The translations under genes and the position numbers were made by a program. This document shows, piece by piece, positions 26,634 to 34,860 of a DNA stretch of 64,000 bases (positions are counted from its first letter, which is position 1; every line of letters begins with the position of its first letter). Source of the DNA: a virus; the IMG/VR virus record IMGVR_UViG_3300009503_000020, positions 32,001 through 96,000 of that record, one strand, 5' to 3'. Under the pieces are notes generated by a model. The model did no database searches. It saw nothing but the letters and a program-made list of their open reading frames with translations, and was not told the DNA's origin.

Positions 26634-27795
26634 GTTCTTTAAACAAGCATATGATACTTACAGAGAACCAGGATTGTTCTGGGCAACTCTAACTCTATTC
26701 TCTTCTTGTTTTGTAGTTACCAATGACAAGTGGTTGTTAATGAAGTTTGGTTCCTCAGGTGTAGGAAAGACAATAAGTGATAGAGTAGCAATAGAGTGTT
26801 TTGGTAGTAGATTAAACCCACTAGTTATCTCAGGAAGACTAACTCCTGCAGGGATGGCTAAGGTAATGAAGAAAGCAGAGAAGAGTCCAGAGGCTAAGAA
26901 TAACTTGGAAAGGTTCAGACAAGCTAAACTGATATTTGTAGAAGACCTTAGCAGGTGCACTACTCACTACTTGAAACTAGCATCTCTACAGTTCTTAGCA
27001 GGTTTAACTAAGACTACATCTTTAGATGACCTCACTTCTGAAGGAGGAACATTTGGAGGAGACTTAGGACCTGAACCAAAGAAGAGCATGGTAGCTGGAA
27101 CTCCTTCAGACTGGGAAGAGATAGCATCTACTTCACTATACAATGAATTCATAGACAGGAGATCATTAACTGGAATCTCTCTCATGTCACCTAGAGAGTG
27201 GCAAGCAAGAGAGCAGCTAGCAAAGCAACAGAAACTGCTGAAGGAAGACTGGCAGATTATCCTAAGCTGGAAAGATATGATAAGAAGTGTGGATGTTCAG
27301 ACTTACTATGGTCCAATGAAACTCCCAGAACATGGTTCTCACAGGCTATTACTGTATGAGAAGCTCTCTGCCTTCAAACGCTTTCCTGAGAATGTTCTCC
27401 TAATGATAGATTCTCTTGCTGAAGGACATGCTAGACTTAACAGTAGAGATCAGGTTATACCAGAGGATTATGAAGTAATCAACAAGCTATTCTCTAGACT
27501 ATTAACAATAGCAGATATGAAGAAGAAGGAGTTGTTTATAGTAGAGGAGTTGGTTAGATCTCATGGCATGCTTGCCCTCGAAGAACTTTGTTACAGGCTA
27601 CGCAAGAGAGCTAGGAACGAAGATCTACCAGACTTGATGATAGTAGAAAAGACAATAAGTAACTATGCTAATGCTTCTAAATATCTGAATAAGACAAGAG
27701 CATGTAAGAACAAACCAGCTTACATACTGCTATCACAAGCATTGAGAGATCTCTTCAATAATTGGGACAAGGAAGTTAAGGAGATGCTTAGATAA
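26602..27795 (+). CDS. AAA+ ATPase, MCM-like core, candidate replicative helicase
   Basis: Walker A GSSGVGKT, SGRLTPAG, Walker B IFVED, SMVAGTP, IDRR; probable C-terminal wHTH. Confidence 0.6.
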   Translation: MKLNKSPFTVKFFKQAYDTYREPGLFWATLTLFSSCFVVTNDKWLLMKFGSSGVGKTISDRVAIECFGSRLNPLVISGRLTPAGMAKVMKKAEKSPEAKNNLERFRQAKLIFVEDLSRCTTHYLKLASLQFLAGLTKTTSLDDLTSEGGTFGGDLGPEPKKSMVAGTPSDWEEIASTSLYNEFIDRRSLTGISLMSPREWQAREQLAKQQKLLKEDWQIILSWKDMIRSVDVQTYYGPMKLPEHGSHRLLLYEKLSAFKRFPENVLLMIDSLAEGHARLNSRDQVIPEDYEVINKLFSRLLTIADMKKKELFIVEELVRSHGMLALEELCYRLRKRARNEDLPDLMIVEKTISNYANASKYLNKTRACKNKPAYILLSQALRDLFNNWDKEVKEMLR

Positions 27796-27986
27796 TGTTG
27801 TCTAGAATTAAACATGCAATTGATATTAAGGACTGGACTAAGGAAGAGATAGCAAATAAACTGCAAGAGATTGTTCTAAAAGAACAAGGTCTAACATGGA
27901 TAAGAGTAGAACCGCTTCTCATTGAGTATGAAACTGTCCTAGATCAACCTCTAAAGTTTAATCCAAGTTTGAGGCATTCAAAATGA
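27795..27986 (+). CDS. Small hypothetical protein
   Basis: ORF track; ends FNPSLRHSK. Confidence 0.55.
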   Translation: MLSRIKHAIDIKDWTKEEIANKLQEIVLKEQGLTWIRVEPLLIEYETVLDQPLKFNPSLRHSK

Positions 27987-28681
27987 AAGAAGCTATTGTT
28001 CTTGCTGGTGGTAAAGGCTTAAGACTTAAAGGACAGATAGATGTACCTAAGCCTTTCTTGATAGTGCATCCAGAAACTGGAGAGACACTTTTAGAAGCAC
28101 AGTTGAAGTGGTTAACTGCATATGACTTTGAACATGTCATTGTAGCTATTTCAAGAGAGAACTTCAAGTTCATGAGAGTAAACTATGCTAAACTCTTGAA
28201 TATACCTTGGTTGGATACTTCTATAGAAGAAGAACAACTGGGTACAGGAGGAGGACTCAAGAAAGCTTTAGACTTAGTTGAAGAGCCTGATTTCTATTGT
28301 ATGAATTTAGATGATGTGTGTTTCTTTGACCCCACTGAGTTGTTTAATGCACAGAAAGGATTAAATGCTATCTTAATCCAACAAGCTAAACTACCATTTG
28401 GAGCAGTGCAGGTAGGGGAAGATATGAAGGTAATAGACTTCATAGAGAAACCTCTTATTGATAAGTTTGTATCTTGTGGTCACTATGCTTTCAATAGAAA
28501 ACAGATAGAACCTTATTTGCCAGATGAGGGAGACTTGGAAATGACTCTCCTCAAAGCCTTAGCGAAGAATAATCTCCTATATGCACATATCTTGAAAGGA
28601 AAGTGGATAACAATTAATACATATAAAGAGCTACTTGAAGCAAGAGGGATTATGAATGAGTCAAGAGAAGAGCAAGACTGA
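27983..28681 (+). CDS. Sugar-phosphate nucleotidyltransferase (NTP_transferase family)
   Basis: AIVLAGGKGLRL, PKP, LGTGG, DFIEKP. Confidence 0.9.
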   Translation: MKEAIVLAGGKGLRLKGQIDVPKPFLIVHPETGETLLEAQLKWLTAYDFEHVIVAISRENFKFMRVNYAKLLNIPWLDTSIEEEQLGTGGGLKKALDLVEEPDFYCMNLDDVCFFDPTELFNAQKGLNAILIQQAKLPFGAVQVGEDMKVIDFIEKPLIDKFVSCGHYAFNRKQIEPYLPDEGDLEMTLLKALAKNNLLYAHILKGKWITINTYKELLEARGIMNESREEQD

Positions 28682-28892
28682 ACCTGAAAGTCTAAAGAAT
28701 CCGTCTTTTAAAGTGACTAAAGAAGAGTCTGTGGAGAGAGAGAAATTAGAAGAATTGAGGCTTTACCTTAATCACCTTAGGCGAGAGAATGAAGACATTA
28801 GAGAGCAGTGGCACAGATACTATTCAAGAGCTTGCCTGGTCTTCTTCATAACAGGAATTCTGATAGGGTTTATTGTAGGGATGCTACTGTGA
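28656..28892 (+). CDS. Small C-terminally anchored membrane protein
   Basis: C-terminal TM helix. Confidence 0.55.
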   Translation: MSQEKSKTEPESLKNPSFKVTKEESVEREKLEELRLYLNHLRRENEDIREQWHRYYSRACLVFFITGILIGFIVGMLL

Positions 28893-29131
28893 TAGACCAC
28901 CTAAGTGAAGAATTGAATTGGATTAAAGAGAACATAAAAGGAGTGCTGAAGTATCCATATTTCTTTACAGGAGATACTCTAGTAATTTCTTCAGAAGACG
29001 TTCCTAGAGTGGAAAGACGTTTAAAGGAACGGATCTGGATAGACCGAAATGGGCAAAGGAGATTATGGTTCCACAAGATAATCATATATCACTCTCAGGA
29101 GGAATATGCATGGTTGAGAATACTGAAATAG
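28889..29131 (+). CDS. Hypothetical protein
   Basis: Within track ORF 28808-29131; GTGA coupling at 28889. Confidence 0.45.
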   Translation: MIDHLSEELNWIKENIKGVLKYPYFFTGDTLVISSEDVPRVERRLKERIWIDRNGQRRLWFHKIIIYHSQEEYAWLRILK

Positions 29132-29478
29132 AAGAACTAGCTGCTGAATTGAGAAAGCATTTCAAGAGTGGACATCCTGACTTCTACACTCTACTAATTA
29201 AGATGGCAGAAATACACAACATAAAGAATAAAGGATATGGTTTAGGAGACCCTCTTGGTAATTTTCTAGAATCAGAACGCTTTGGAGTGGAAGCTTGGAA
29301 AGGTTGCTTGGTTAGGCTCTCAGACAAGTGGAGTAGACTGTGCAATTTGGCTTCTAAACTAGAAGACCCAGAATATCAGGATGCAATCAAACTAGAGAAT
29401 CTAGAGGATACTCTTATAGACTTAGCTAACTATTCTCTCTTGTGTATAATTTTACTTAGGAGGAGATCCAAGGAATGA
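29110..29478 (+). CDS. DUF1599-like nucleotide-modification-associated alpha-helical protein
   Basis: KNKGYG...GNF, VRLSDKWSRL, EDTLIDLANY. Confidence 0.75.
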   Translation: MVENTEIEELAAELRKHFKSGHPDFYTLLIKMAEIHNIKNKGYGLGDPLGNFLESERFGVEAWKGCLVRLSDKWSRLCNLASKLEDPEYQDAIKLENLEDTLIDLANYSLLCIILLRRRSKE

Positions 29479-29618
29479 GATGCCCCAAGTGCATGTCAAC
29501 AGACATAGACCAATGCCCTACTTGTAGGAAAGGATTAAAGAAATGTAAGAACTGTGGCTTTGTAGCTGAACAGAAGTACTTTGAAGGAGAACCACTCCCA
29601 TCTGAAAGGAAGGAATAG
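29475..29618 (+). CDS. 47-aa Zn-ribbon microprotein (not in ORF track)
   Basis: Manual translation MRCPKCMSTDIDQCPTCRKGLKKCKNCGF... Confidence 0.6.
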   Translation: MRCPKCMSTDIDQCPTCRKGLKKCKNCGFVAEQKYFEGEPLPSERKE

Positions 29619-29619
29619 C

Positions 29620-29916
29620 ATGGATCTGCAAGAATATATAAAAAAATGTGGAGAGGCTGCCAACAAGAAAGGGTGGCTAGTTACCTGGGACATGTATCCT
29701 CCATATCTTTTAGCAACTATAGATGAACTGACAGACTCCTTTGAATCTGGGTGGAGAGATGACAACAAGGAGAAAGCCTTTGAAGAACTAGGAGATGCTC
29801 TTGTGAGGCTATTTCATATTATACATGATTTAGATATTCCAATTGAAGACATACTTAGAAAGATAATGCAAGAAAATGAAACAAGACCATATCTCCACAA
29901 TCACAAGAGGATTTAA
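29620..29916 (+). CDS. MazG-like NTP pyrophosphohydrolase
   Basis: IDELTD...EELGD.L.R.F..I..LDI.IE..L..I...NETR. Confidence 0.75.
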   Translation: MDLQEYIKKCGEAANKKGWLVTWDMYPPYLLATIDELTDSFESGWRDDNKEKAFEELGDALVRLFHIIHDLDIPIEDILRKIMQENETRPYLHNHKRI

Positions 29917-29920
29917 ATAG
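29911..29920 (+). promoter_or_regulatory. Putative TATA box (ATTTAAATAG)
   Basis: Identical 10-mer at 32514; about 38 nt before the next start. Confidence 0.5.
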
Positions 29921-29957
29921 AAGAGAAGCCTACAGTAAGAGCTGCAAAGGGACCAAC

Positions 29958-30209
29958 ATGGATCATCTAGTTGAGAGATATATGGATGAAGAGACTATTC
30001 GTGTGTTCTGTTTCTTTCTAAAGAATAAATTCAATCCTAAAGATAAAGTCTGTGAAGGCTGTGCACGTTATGCATTGTGTAGCAATGATGCCTTCAAGAT
30101 GCTTTCTTTTCTAGGATATATACCTTGGCTAGAAAAAGACAACAACGAAATTTCAACATTAATTGAGAAGATGTATGGTCATCAAAGATGCAAACAGTGT
30201 CTGATATGA
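29958..30209 (+). CDS. Cys-containing hypothetical protein
   Basis: ORF track. Confidence 0.5.
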   Translation: MDHLVERYMDEETIRVFCFFLKNKFNPKDKVCEGCARYALCSNDAFKMLSFLGYIPWLEKDNNEISTLIEKMYGHQRCKQCLI

Positions 30210-30385
30210 AACCTCAATGTAATGCTTGTCTCAAATTTATAGACATATCAGAGTATCTTGAGAATGGTGGTTACTGTAAAGAATGCTCTAAGGAAGTAGA
30301 TAGAATCTACAAGGAAGAAGGAAGTAATGGAGTCAGAAGATACATTATCAGAAAAAGAAAAGAAGCTATGCAAGAACAACTTTGA
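30206..30385 (+). CDS. Small Zn-finger protein
   Basis: CNAC...CKEC. Confidence 0.55.
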   Translation: MKPQCNACLKFIDISEYLENGGYCKECSKEVDRIYKEEGSNGVRRYIIRKRKEAMQEQL

Positions 30386-30542
30386 GTGCTTTGGAGAATA
30401 TGGTACTAGATTAGATTGCAAAGAATGTCCTCAGAGCCTAGCATGCAGAAACTTTTCTCACAGTTTACAAGAAGGCTTATATCTCCGAAACAAGACCAAA
30501 TACAAAGGAAGAGGGAAGACTAGAAGAAAAGATAAGTATTAG
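30327..30542 (+). CDS. Small Cys-cluster protein
   Basis: CF..YG...DCKECPQ..AC. Confidence 0.5.
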   Translation: MESEDTLSEKEKKLCKNNFECFGEYGTRLDCKECPQSLACRNFSHSLQEGLYLRNKTKYKGRGKTRRKDKY

Positions 30543-30545
30543 AGG

Positions 30546-32519
30546 ATGGAAGCTTTGCAGGTATTAAGCAAGAAAGAGATTATGGAATTAAAGAAGAAAA
30601 TAGAACCTATAAAGAAACTAGCTCTGCATGACGATGCAGATGGTGTAACTTCTGCAGTACTTATGTCTTATGTGTTTAAGATAAACAAAGTATGGGCTCC
30701 AGATGACTTTGGAGAGTGGCCTGTTGCTCCTTATAAAGTTCAAGGGCAAGAACAACTAGAGCTTCCACCAGATGTTTGTGTGGATATGGTACCAGCTAAT
30801 CCTGAATGGGTTGGTTTAGCAATAGACCACCATCCAAATCACCCTCCTGAAGGAAAGAGAAGTTACCAGCTTATCTATGGAGAAGCACCTGCTTCTGTTA
30901 TTGTCTATACTCTCTTTAAAGAATTAATTCCACAAGAACATAGATGGAAAGTAGTAGTTGGCTGCCTGTCCAAGGACACGGAAATACTTACTCCAAGTGG
31001 GCAAATTGAAATCAAAGATCTTAATACTTTGGATTCTGGAATAGGTCTAGATGAACATGGAAAGCTTTGTAAAAATTTACTGTTTACAATACCTAAAGGA
31101 CGGAAAGAACTGCTGCGAATCACTACCAGAAAGAGAGAGATATTAGTAACTCCTGAGCATAGGCTGTTTACACAAAGAGGTCTTGTTGAAGCAAAGGACT
31201 TAAATATTGGAGACTACTTGGTGGTATACTTGAGGAGTTTAGATGACTTCTCAAAGAAAGTTAGAAGCAAACAGGAAGAATTTAGAGAAAGCACGCCAAG
31301 TCTTAAAACTATTAAGCGGAAATCCCAGCTGGAAGAGCTGGTGGCTTGGGAGAGTGAAAGCATCAATTACAGAAGAGAAAAGACAGAAGCTCAGAGAAGC
31401 AGCTATGAAGAATGGAACAAGAGAACGAATTCTTCTTCACAATCTCAGTCATCGAGAGACGAGAATGTGCCCAATATGTGGGAAAGAGTTTACGGTAAAG
31501 AAATCTTCAAGAAAGAAATATTGCTCAATGAGATGCTCAGGCAAAGCAAACTTGAAGAACCTTGGCAAATATACAGGTTCACACAGTGGGCGAGAAAACC
31601 CAAATTGGAAAGGTGGAACTTCAGCCAAGCCATATCATTGGGAAATGAAGAAAAAAGAATGGAGAAACCTTTTGTATCAGAAGGTCGGGTACAAATGTCA
31701 ACTTTGTGGCAACAAAGGCAAACTCAACATTCATCACATAAACAGAGACAAGATGGATGGAAGGCCAGAGAATTTGCTTATACTCTGCCCAAGTTGTCAT
31801 TTAAAAGTTCACAAATTGGTTTGGAAAGGATTGAAAGCATAGACTATGAGGGCAGAGAAGAAGTATTTGACATACACTGGGCCTCTACCAACAATTTCTT
31901 CTTAGCTAATGGAATTCTTTCCCACAATTGCGTTGGAGACGGACAACCAGAACTTATACCTCCAGAGATATGGAGAGAATTTCCTATCTTACTGGAAGAG
32001 TCTGTTACTCCAAGAGAGAGATATGGAAAGCTAGAGACTTCTAATTATCCTCTGTATTTAAGATTAAGTTCAGGCATCAATGCAGTATGTAAGATACCTG
32101 AGAAATGGTACGTAGGATATGCTATATTACGCAATGCAAAGTCACCTTGGGATCTAATCAATGATTCCTCTCTTAAGTCTGCTAAAGAACTTGTTGAGAG
32201 TGAAAGAGAAAGGATCTACAGGGAGACAAGTCCCATACAACTCAGAAATGGAATAAGAGTCTGGGCGTTCCAGTCTGAGACCAAGATAGAGAGAACTCTA
32301 GCTTGGGAAATGTGGGATACTGACAAACGCACTATTGTAGCTATAAACTCTGCTACTGGAAGAGGTAGCATAAGAGGTACATTAGCTACTTTAGTGTATG
32401 AGCATTTGACTGCTCATGGTTTCAAGGCAAGTGGACATCCAGGGTTTGGAGGTTTAAAACTTAAACCTGACCAGACTTGGGAGGATGTGTACCACTGTCT
32501 TGCAAATCTAAAGATTTAA
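30546..32519 (+). CDS. DHH-family phosphoesterase (RecJ/GAN-like), intein-containing precursor; 335 aa after splicing
   Basis: HDDADG, VD, IDHH; spliced motif VVG-CVGD; DHHA1-like GSIRG and GHPGFGG. Confidence 0.85.
   Translation: MEALQVLSKKEIMELKKKIEPIKKLALHDDADGVTSAVLMSYVFKINKVWAPDDFGEWPVAPYKVQGQEQLELPPDVCVDMVPANPEWVGLAIDHHPNHPPEGKRSYQLIYGEAPASVIVYTLFKELIPQEHRWKVVVGCLSKDTEILTPSGQIEIKDLNTLDSGIGLDEHGKLCKNLLFTIPKGRKELLRITTRKREILVTPEHRLFTQRGLVEAKDLNIGDYLVVYLRSLDDFSKKVRSKQEEFRESTPSLKTIKRKSQLEELVAWESESINYRREKTEAQRSSYEEWNKRTNSSSQSQSSRDENVPNMWERVYGKEIFKKEILLNEMLRQSKLEEPWQIYRFTQWARKPKLERWNFSQAISLGNEEKRMEKPFVSEGRVQMSTLWQQRQTQHSSHKQRQDGWKAREFAYTLPKLSFKSSQIGLERIESIDYEGREEVFDIHWASTNNFFLANGILSHNCVGDGQPELIPPEIWREFPILLEESVTPRERYGKLETSNYPLYLRLSSGINAVCKIPEKWYVGYAILRNAKSPWDLINDSSLKSAKELVESERERIYRETSPIQLRNGIRVWAFQSETKIERTLAWEMWDTDKRTIVAINSATGRGSIRGTLATLVYEHLTAHGFKASGHPGFGGLKLKPDQTWEDVYHCLANLKI
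30963..31928 (+). mobile_element. Intein 2 (322 aa); Hint halves joined by an overprinted linker
   Basis: Block A CLSKDTEILT, block B ILVTPEHRLFT, block F EEVFDI, block G FFLANGILSHN, +1 Cys. Confidence 0.95.
31243..31842 (+). CDS. HNH homing endonuclease with Zn finger, in the +1 frame inside intein 2
   Basis: SD GAGGAG before ATG; CPICGKEF..KYCSMRC; NPNWKGG; CQLCG..LNIHHINRD..D...NLLILCPSCH..VH. Confidence 0.92.
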   Translation: MTSQRKLEANRKNLEKARQVLKLLSGNPSWKSWWLGRVKASITEEKRQKLREAAMKNGTRERILLHNLSHRETRMCPICGKEFTVKKSSRKKYCSMRCSGKANLKNLGKYTGSHSGRENPNWKGGTSAKPYHWEMKKKEWRNLLYQKVGYKCQLCGNKGKLNIHHINRDKMDGRPENLLILCPSCHLKVHKLVWKGLKA

Positions 32520-32523
32520 ATAG
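32514..32523 (+). promoter_or_regulatory. Putative TATA box of the ssDNA-binding/recombination operon
   Basis: ATTTAAATAG about 40 nt before ATG 32564; SD GGAGG. Confidence 0.55.
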
Positions 32524-32563
32524 CCCAGACAAAGAAATAAAATAAAATGGAGGAATAGGAAAG

Positions 32564-33673
32564 ATGGACAAGAAAGAGGAAGAAGCTCTGTTAAAGGCTT
32601 TTTCTAAGTCTACTGGTAAAACAGTTGCTCAGTTGAGACCACTGCTTGAGAAAGCTAAACAAGAAGCAAAAGAACTAGGCTCTGCAGACAATGACAATAT
32701 AATCAAAGGTAGATTCAGAAGGAAAGTAAGTGCTCTACTTTTTGCAGAGAGAACAGGGAAGCCAGTAGCAAGAAAAGAACCTGTAGTTTTCAGAGGATTC
32801 CTGTTAGGTGCAGATGCAATTAGAGACATCAAAGAACAGATGAGAAGGAAAGCACTGAGATACTTTGATGAAGAAGGAGAGAATGCAAGGATAGAAGGTT
32901 ATGTGGATGAAAATGGAACTCCGCTTGACTGGAGACCTACAATTAGAAACAGACGGGGAGAAGAAGTAGAGAACCCTGATTTCCATAAGCCAATTATAGG
33001 ACATAGATATGTCAGAGATATCTTTGGTATAGTTAAGAAGGAAGGAGATGAGAAAGCAAAGCTGTTCCAAATGACTCTGTGGGGAGGATTTGCTTCTAAG
33101 TTCACTTATAGACCTTTTACTCCAGTAGAGTTCAAAGCTACTATCAAAGCAGAGGGAAGCCACTACATTCTCAACCCACCTAGAGTACAGAAAGGAGAGA
33201 AAGGATTCAAGAGTATAACTATGGATATAAACTATGAACAGTGGATAAGAGAAGCGTTAGGTTCTAGAGAATACACACTAGATAAACTAGAGAAAGCAGT
33301 TGCAGATACTAAGAATGCTAAAGATCCTTGGATAATGGTCACAGGAATTGTGGACTTCATAGACCCGGAGATTAACCCAAAGACAGGTTCTAGAAATATC
33401 ACAATAGTAGATGTAGACTCAGGAATGACAGACACAGTAAGAGTTTTCATACCTAAAGACTTCCCACTAGCATTCAGAGAATATTCAAAGGTAATTGTCT
33501 TTGGTAGACCTAGATCTTGGAAGAGAGATGACGATACTGAAGAACACTACTCTATCAATGGAATAAGTGTTTATCCAATACCAGGAGAGACAGTAGAAGC
33601 ACCAGTAGAAGCAAGTAAACCAGCTAGAGAAACAGAAACTAGTGAAGAGGAAGGATGGGATCTCTGGGAGTAA
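32564..33673 (+). CDS. Probable OB-fold ssDNA-binding (RPA/SSB-like) protein
   Basis: Beta-rich OB-like segments (MTLWG, VTGIV, IVFG), acidic aromatic C-terminal tail EEEGWDLWE, position in the replication block. Confidence 0.55.
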   Translation: MDKKEEEALLKAFSKSTGKTVAQLRPLLEKAKQEAKELGSADNDNIIKGRFRRKVSALLFAERTGKPVARKEPVVFRGFLLGADAIRDIKEQMRRKALRYFDEEGENARIEGYVDENGTPLDWRPTIRNRRGEEVENPDFHKPIIGHRYVRDIFGIVKKEGDEKAKLFQMTLWGGFASKFTYRPFTPVEFKATIKAEGSHYILNPPRVQKGEKGFKSITMDINYEQWIREALGSREYTLDKLEKAVADTKNAKDPWIMVTGIVDFIDPEINPKTGSRNITIVDVDSGMTDTVRVFIPKDFPLAFREYSKVIVFGRPRSWKRDDDTEEHYSINGISVYPIPGETVEAPVEASKPARETETSEEEGWDLWE

Positions 33674-33682
33674 TCCCATCCT
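33652..33682 (+). terminator. Stem-loop at the end of the SSB-like gene
   Basis: AGGATGGGAT (33652-33661) pairs with ATCCCATCCT (33673-33682); inner CTC/GAG pair. Confidence 0.5.
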
Positions 33683-33701
33683 CACTAAGGAGGTTTAAAA
33701 G

Positions 33702-34661
33702 ATGGCAGTAATTTCTTCAGGATGCAAAGCATTGGATGAAGTTCTAGTAGGTGGCTTAAAGACTTCAGTTACTACTCTAGTCTTTGGAATACCAAACTTA
33801 GGTAAGACTTGGTTATGCTACCAACTTGCATGCATGTGCACTAGACCAGTTAAATCAGGAGGACTAGGGAAGAAAGCTCTCTACTTAGATACAGAAGGAT
33901 TCTTCTTTACTGAAGACACTGTTGACAGGTTTGCAGGATATTTCAAGAAGAGATGGCCTGACTGTGATCCGAAGAAGATAGAGATAATACATGTACCTAG
34001 TATCTTTGACCTTGGAGAACTCTTTGGTATGCAATTGGATATACATATAGAAGAGTCTAGAGTCTCAGTGATAACTAAGTATCCTACAGAAGCACAAAAG
34101 AAGATAGCACAAGGAAAAGGAAAAAGTAAAGTAGACACAACAACAAGCAAAGACAAAGATTGGTTGGAGAAGGCTCCTATTTACCAGAAAGTGAAGACAG
34201 GAGAATTTGGTTTACTAATAATAGACTCTATAACTATACCAATCAAGAGTGAGATAGCTGCAGCAACCCAGAACTTTCCTGCAAGGACAAGCATAGTATC
34301 TGCAATACTAGGTGCTTGTTATCCAATTGCAAGGAGAGCAGACATAGCTATTCTAATAACAGACCACATCACTAGCAACCCTATGTCTCCTACATATCAG
34401 TTTGGAACAGGAGATCCTTGGGGAGGAAGGAATATCCTCTACTATATTAAACACATCTTTGGATTGTACAAGCCACTAGCAGATCAAGTGAAAGCATATG
34501 CACCAGATGGACAGAGAGTTAGGAGATTCTCTAGGTATAGATATCCTGGATTAGATGCAGCTATGGCTGTAGTAAAACTAGAGAAAGACAAAGGCTATGT
34601 AGACTTACCACCAAAAGGACCTAAGCCAGCCACTGAAGAAGGTGGAGAGGAGGCTGCATAG
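33702..34661 (+). CDS. RadA/RadB-family recombinase lacking the N-terminal HhH domain
   Basis: ISSGC.ALD.VL.GG, GIPNLGKT, LYLDTEG, LLIIDSI. Confidence 0.9.
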   Translation: MAVISSGCKALDEVLVGGLKTSVTTLVFGIPNLGKTWLCYQLACMCTRPVKSGGLGKKALYLDTEGFFFTEDTVDRFAGYFKKRWPDCDPKKIEIIHVPSIFDLGELFGMQLDIHIEESRVSVITKYPTEAQKKIAQGKGKSKVDTTTSKDKDWLEKAPIYQKVKTGEFGLLIIDSITIPIKSEIAAATQNFPARTSIVSAILGACYPIARRADIAILITDHITSNPMSPTYQFGTGDPWGGRNILYYIKHIFGLYKPLADQVKAYAPDGQRVRRFSRYRYPGLDAAMAVVKLEKDKGYVDLPPKGPKPATEEGGEEAA

Positions 34662-34663
34662 AA

Positions 34664-34828
34664 ATGCCAAAGGAAGATGAAAGCCCTCAAGTCTATTACT
34701 GTATCTGGGAAGGCAATGAGAAAGTGGTGTGTCCAATAAGAACCAAGTACAAGCTCAAGCCTGAGAGTCTAGTGATGTTCTGTGAGAACTGTACTGAACT
34801 CCCTCTGAACAGGAAGAAACTCAGATAA
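34664..34828 (+). CDS. 54-aa Cys-containing microprotein (not in ORF track)
   Basis: Manual translation MPKEDESPQVYYC...CPIR...FCENC...; SD GAGGAGG. Confidence 0.5.
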   Translation: MPKEDESPQVYYCIWEGNEKVVCPIRTKYKLKPESLVMFCENCTELPLNRKKLR

Positions 34829-34860
34829 CCACTCCCTTTCTTTTCTTTGAGGTGTTAAAT

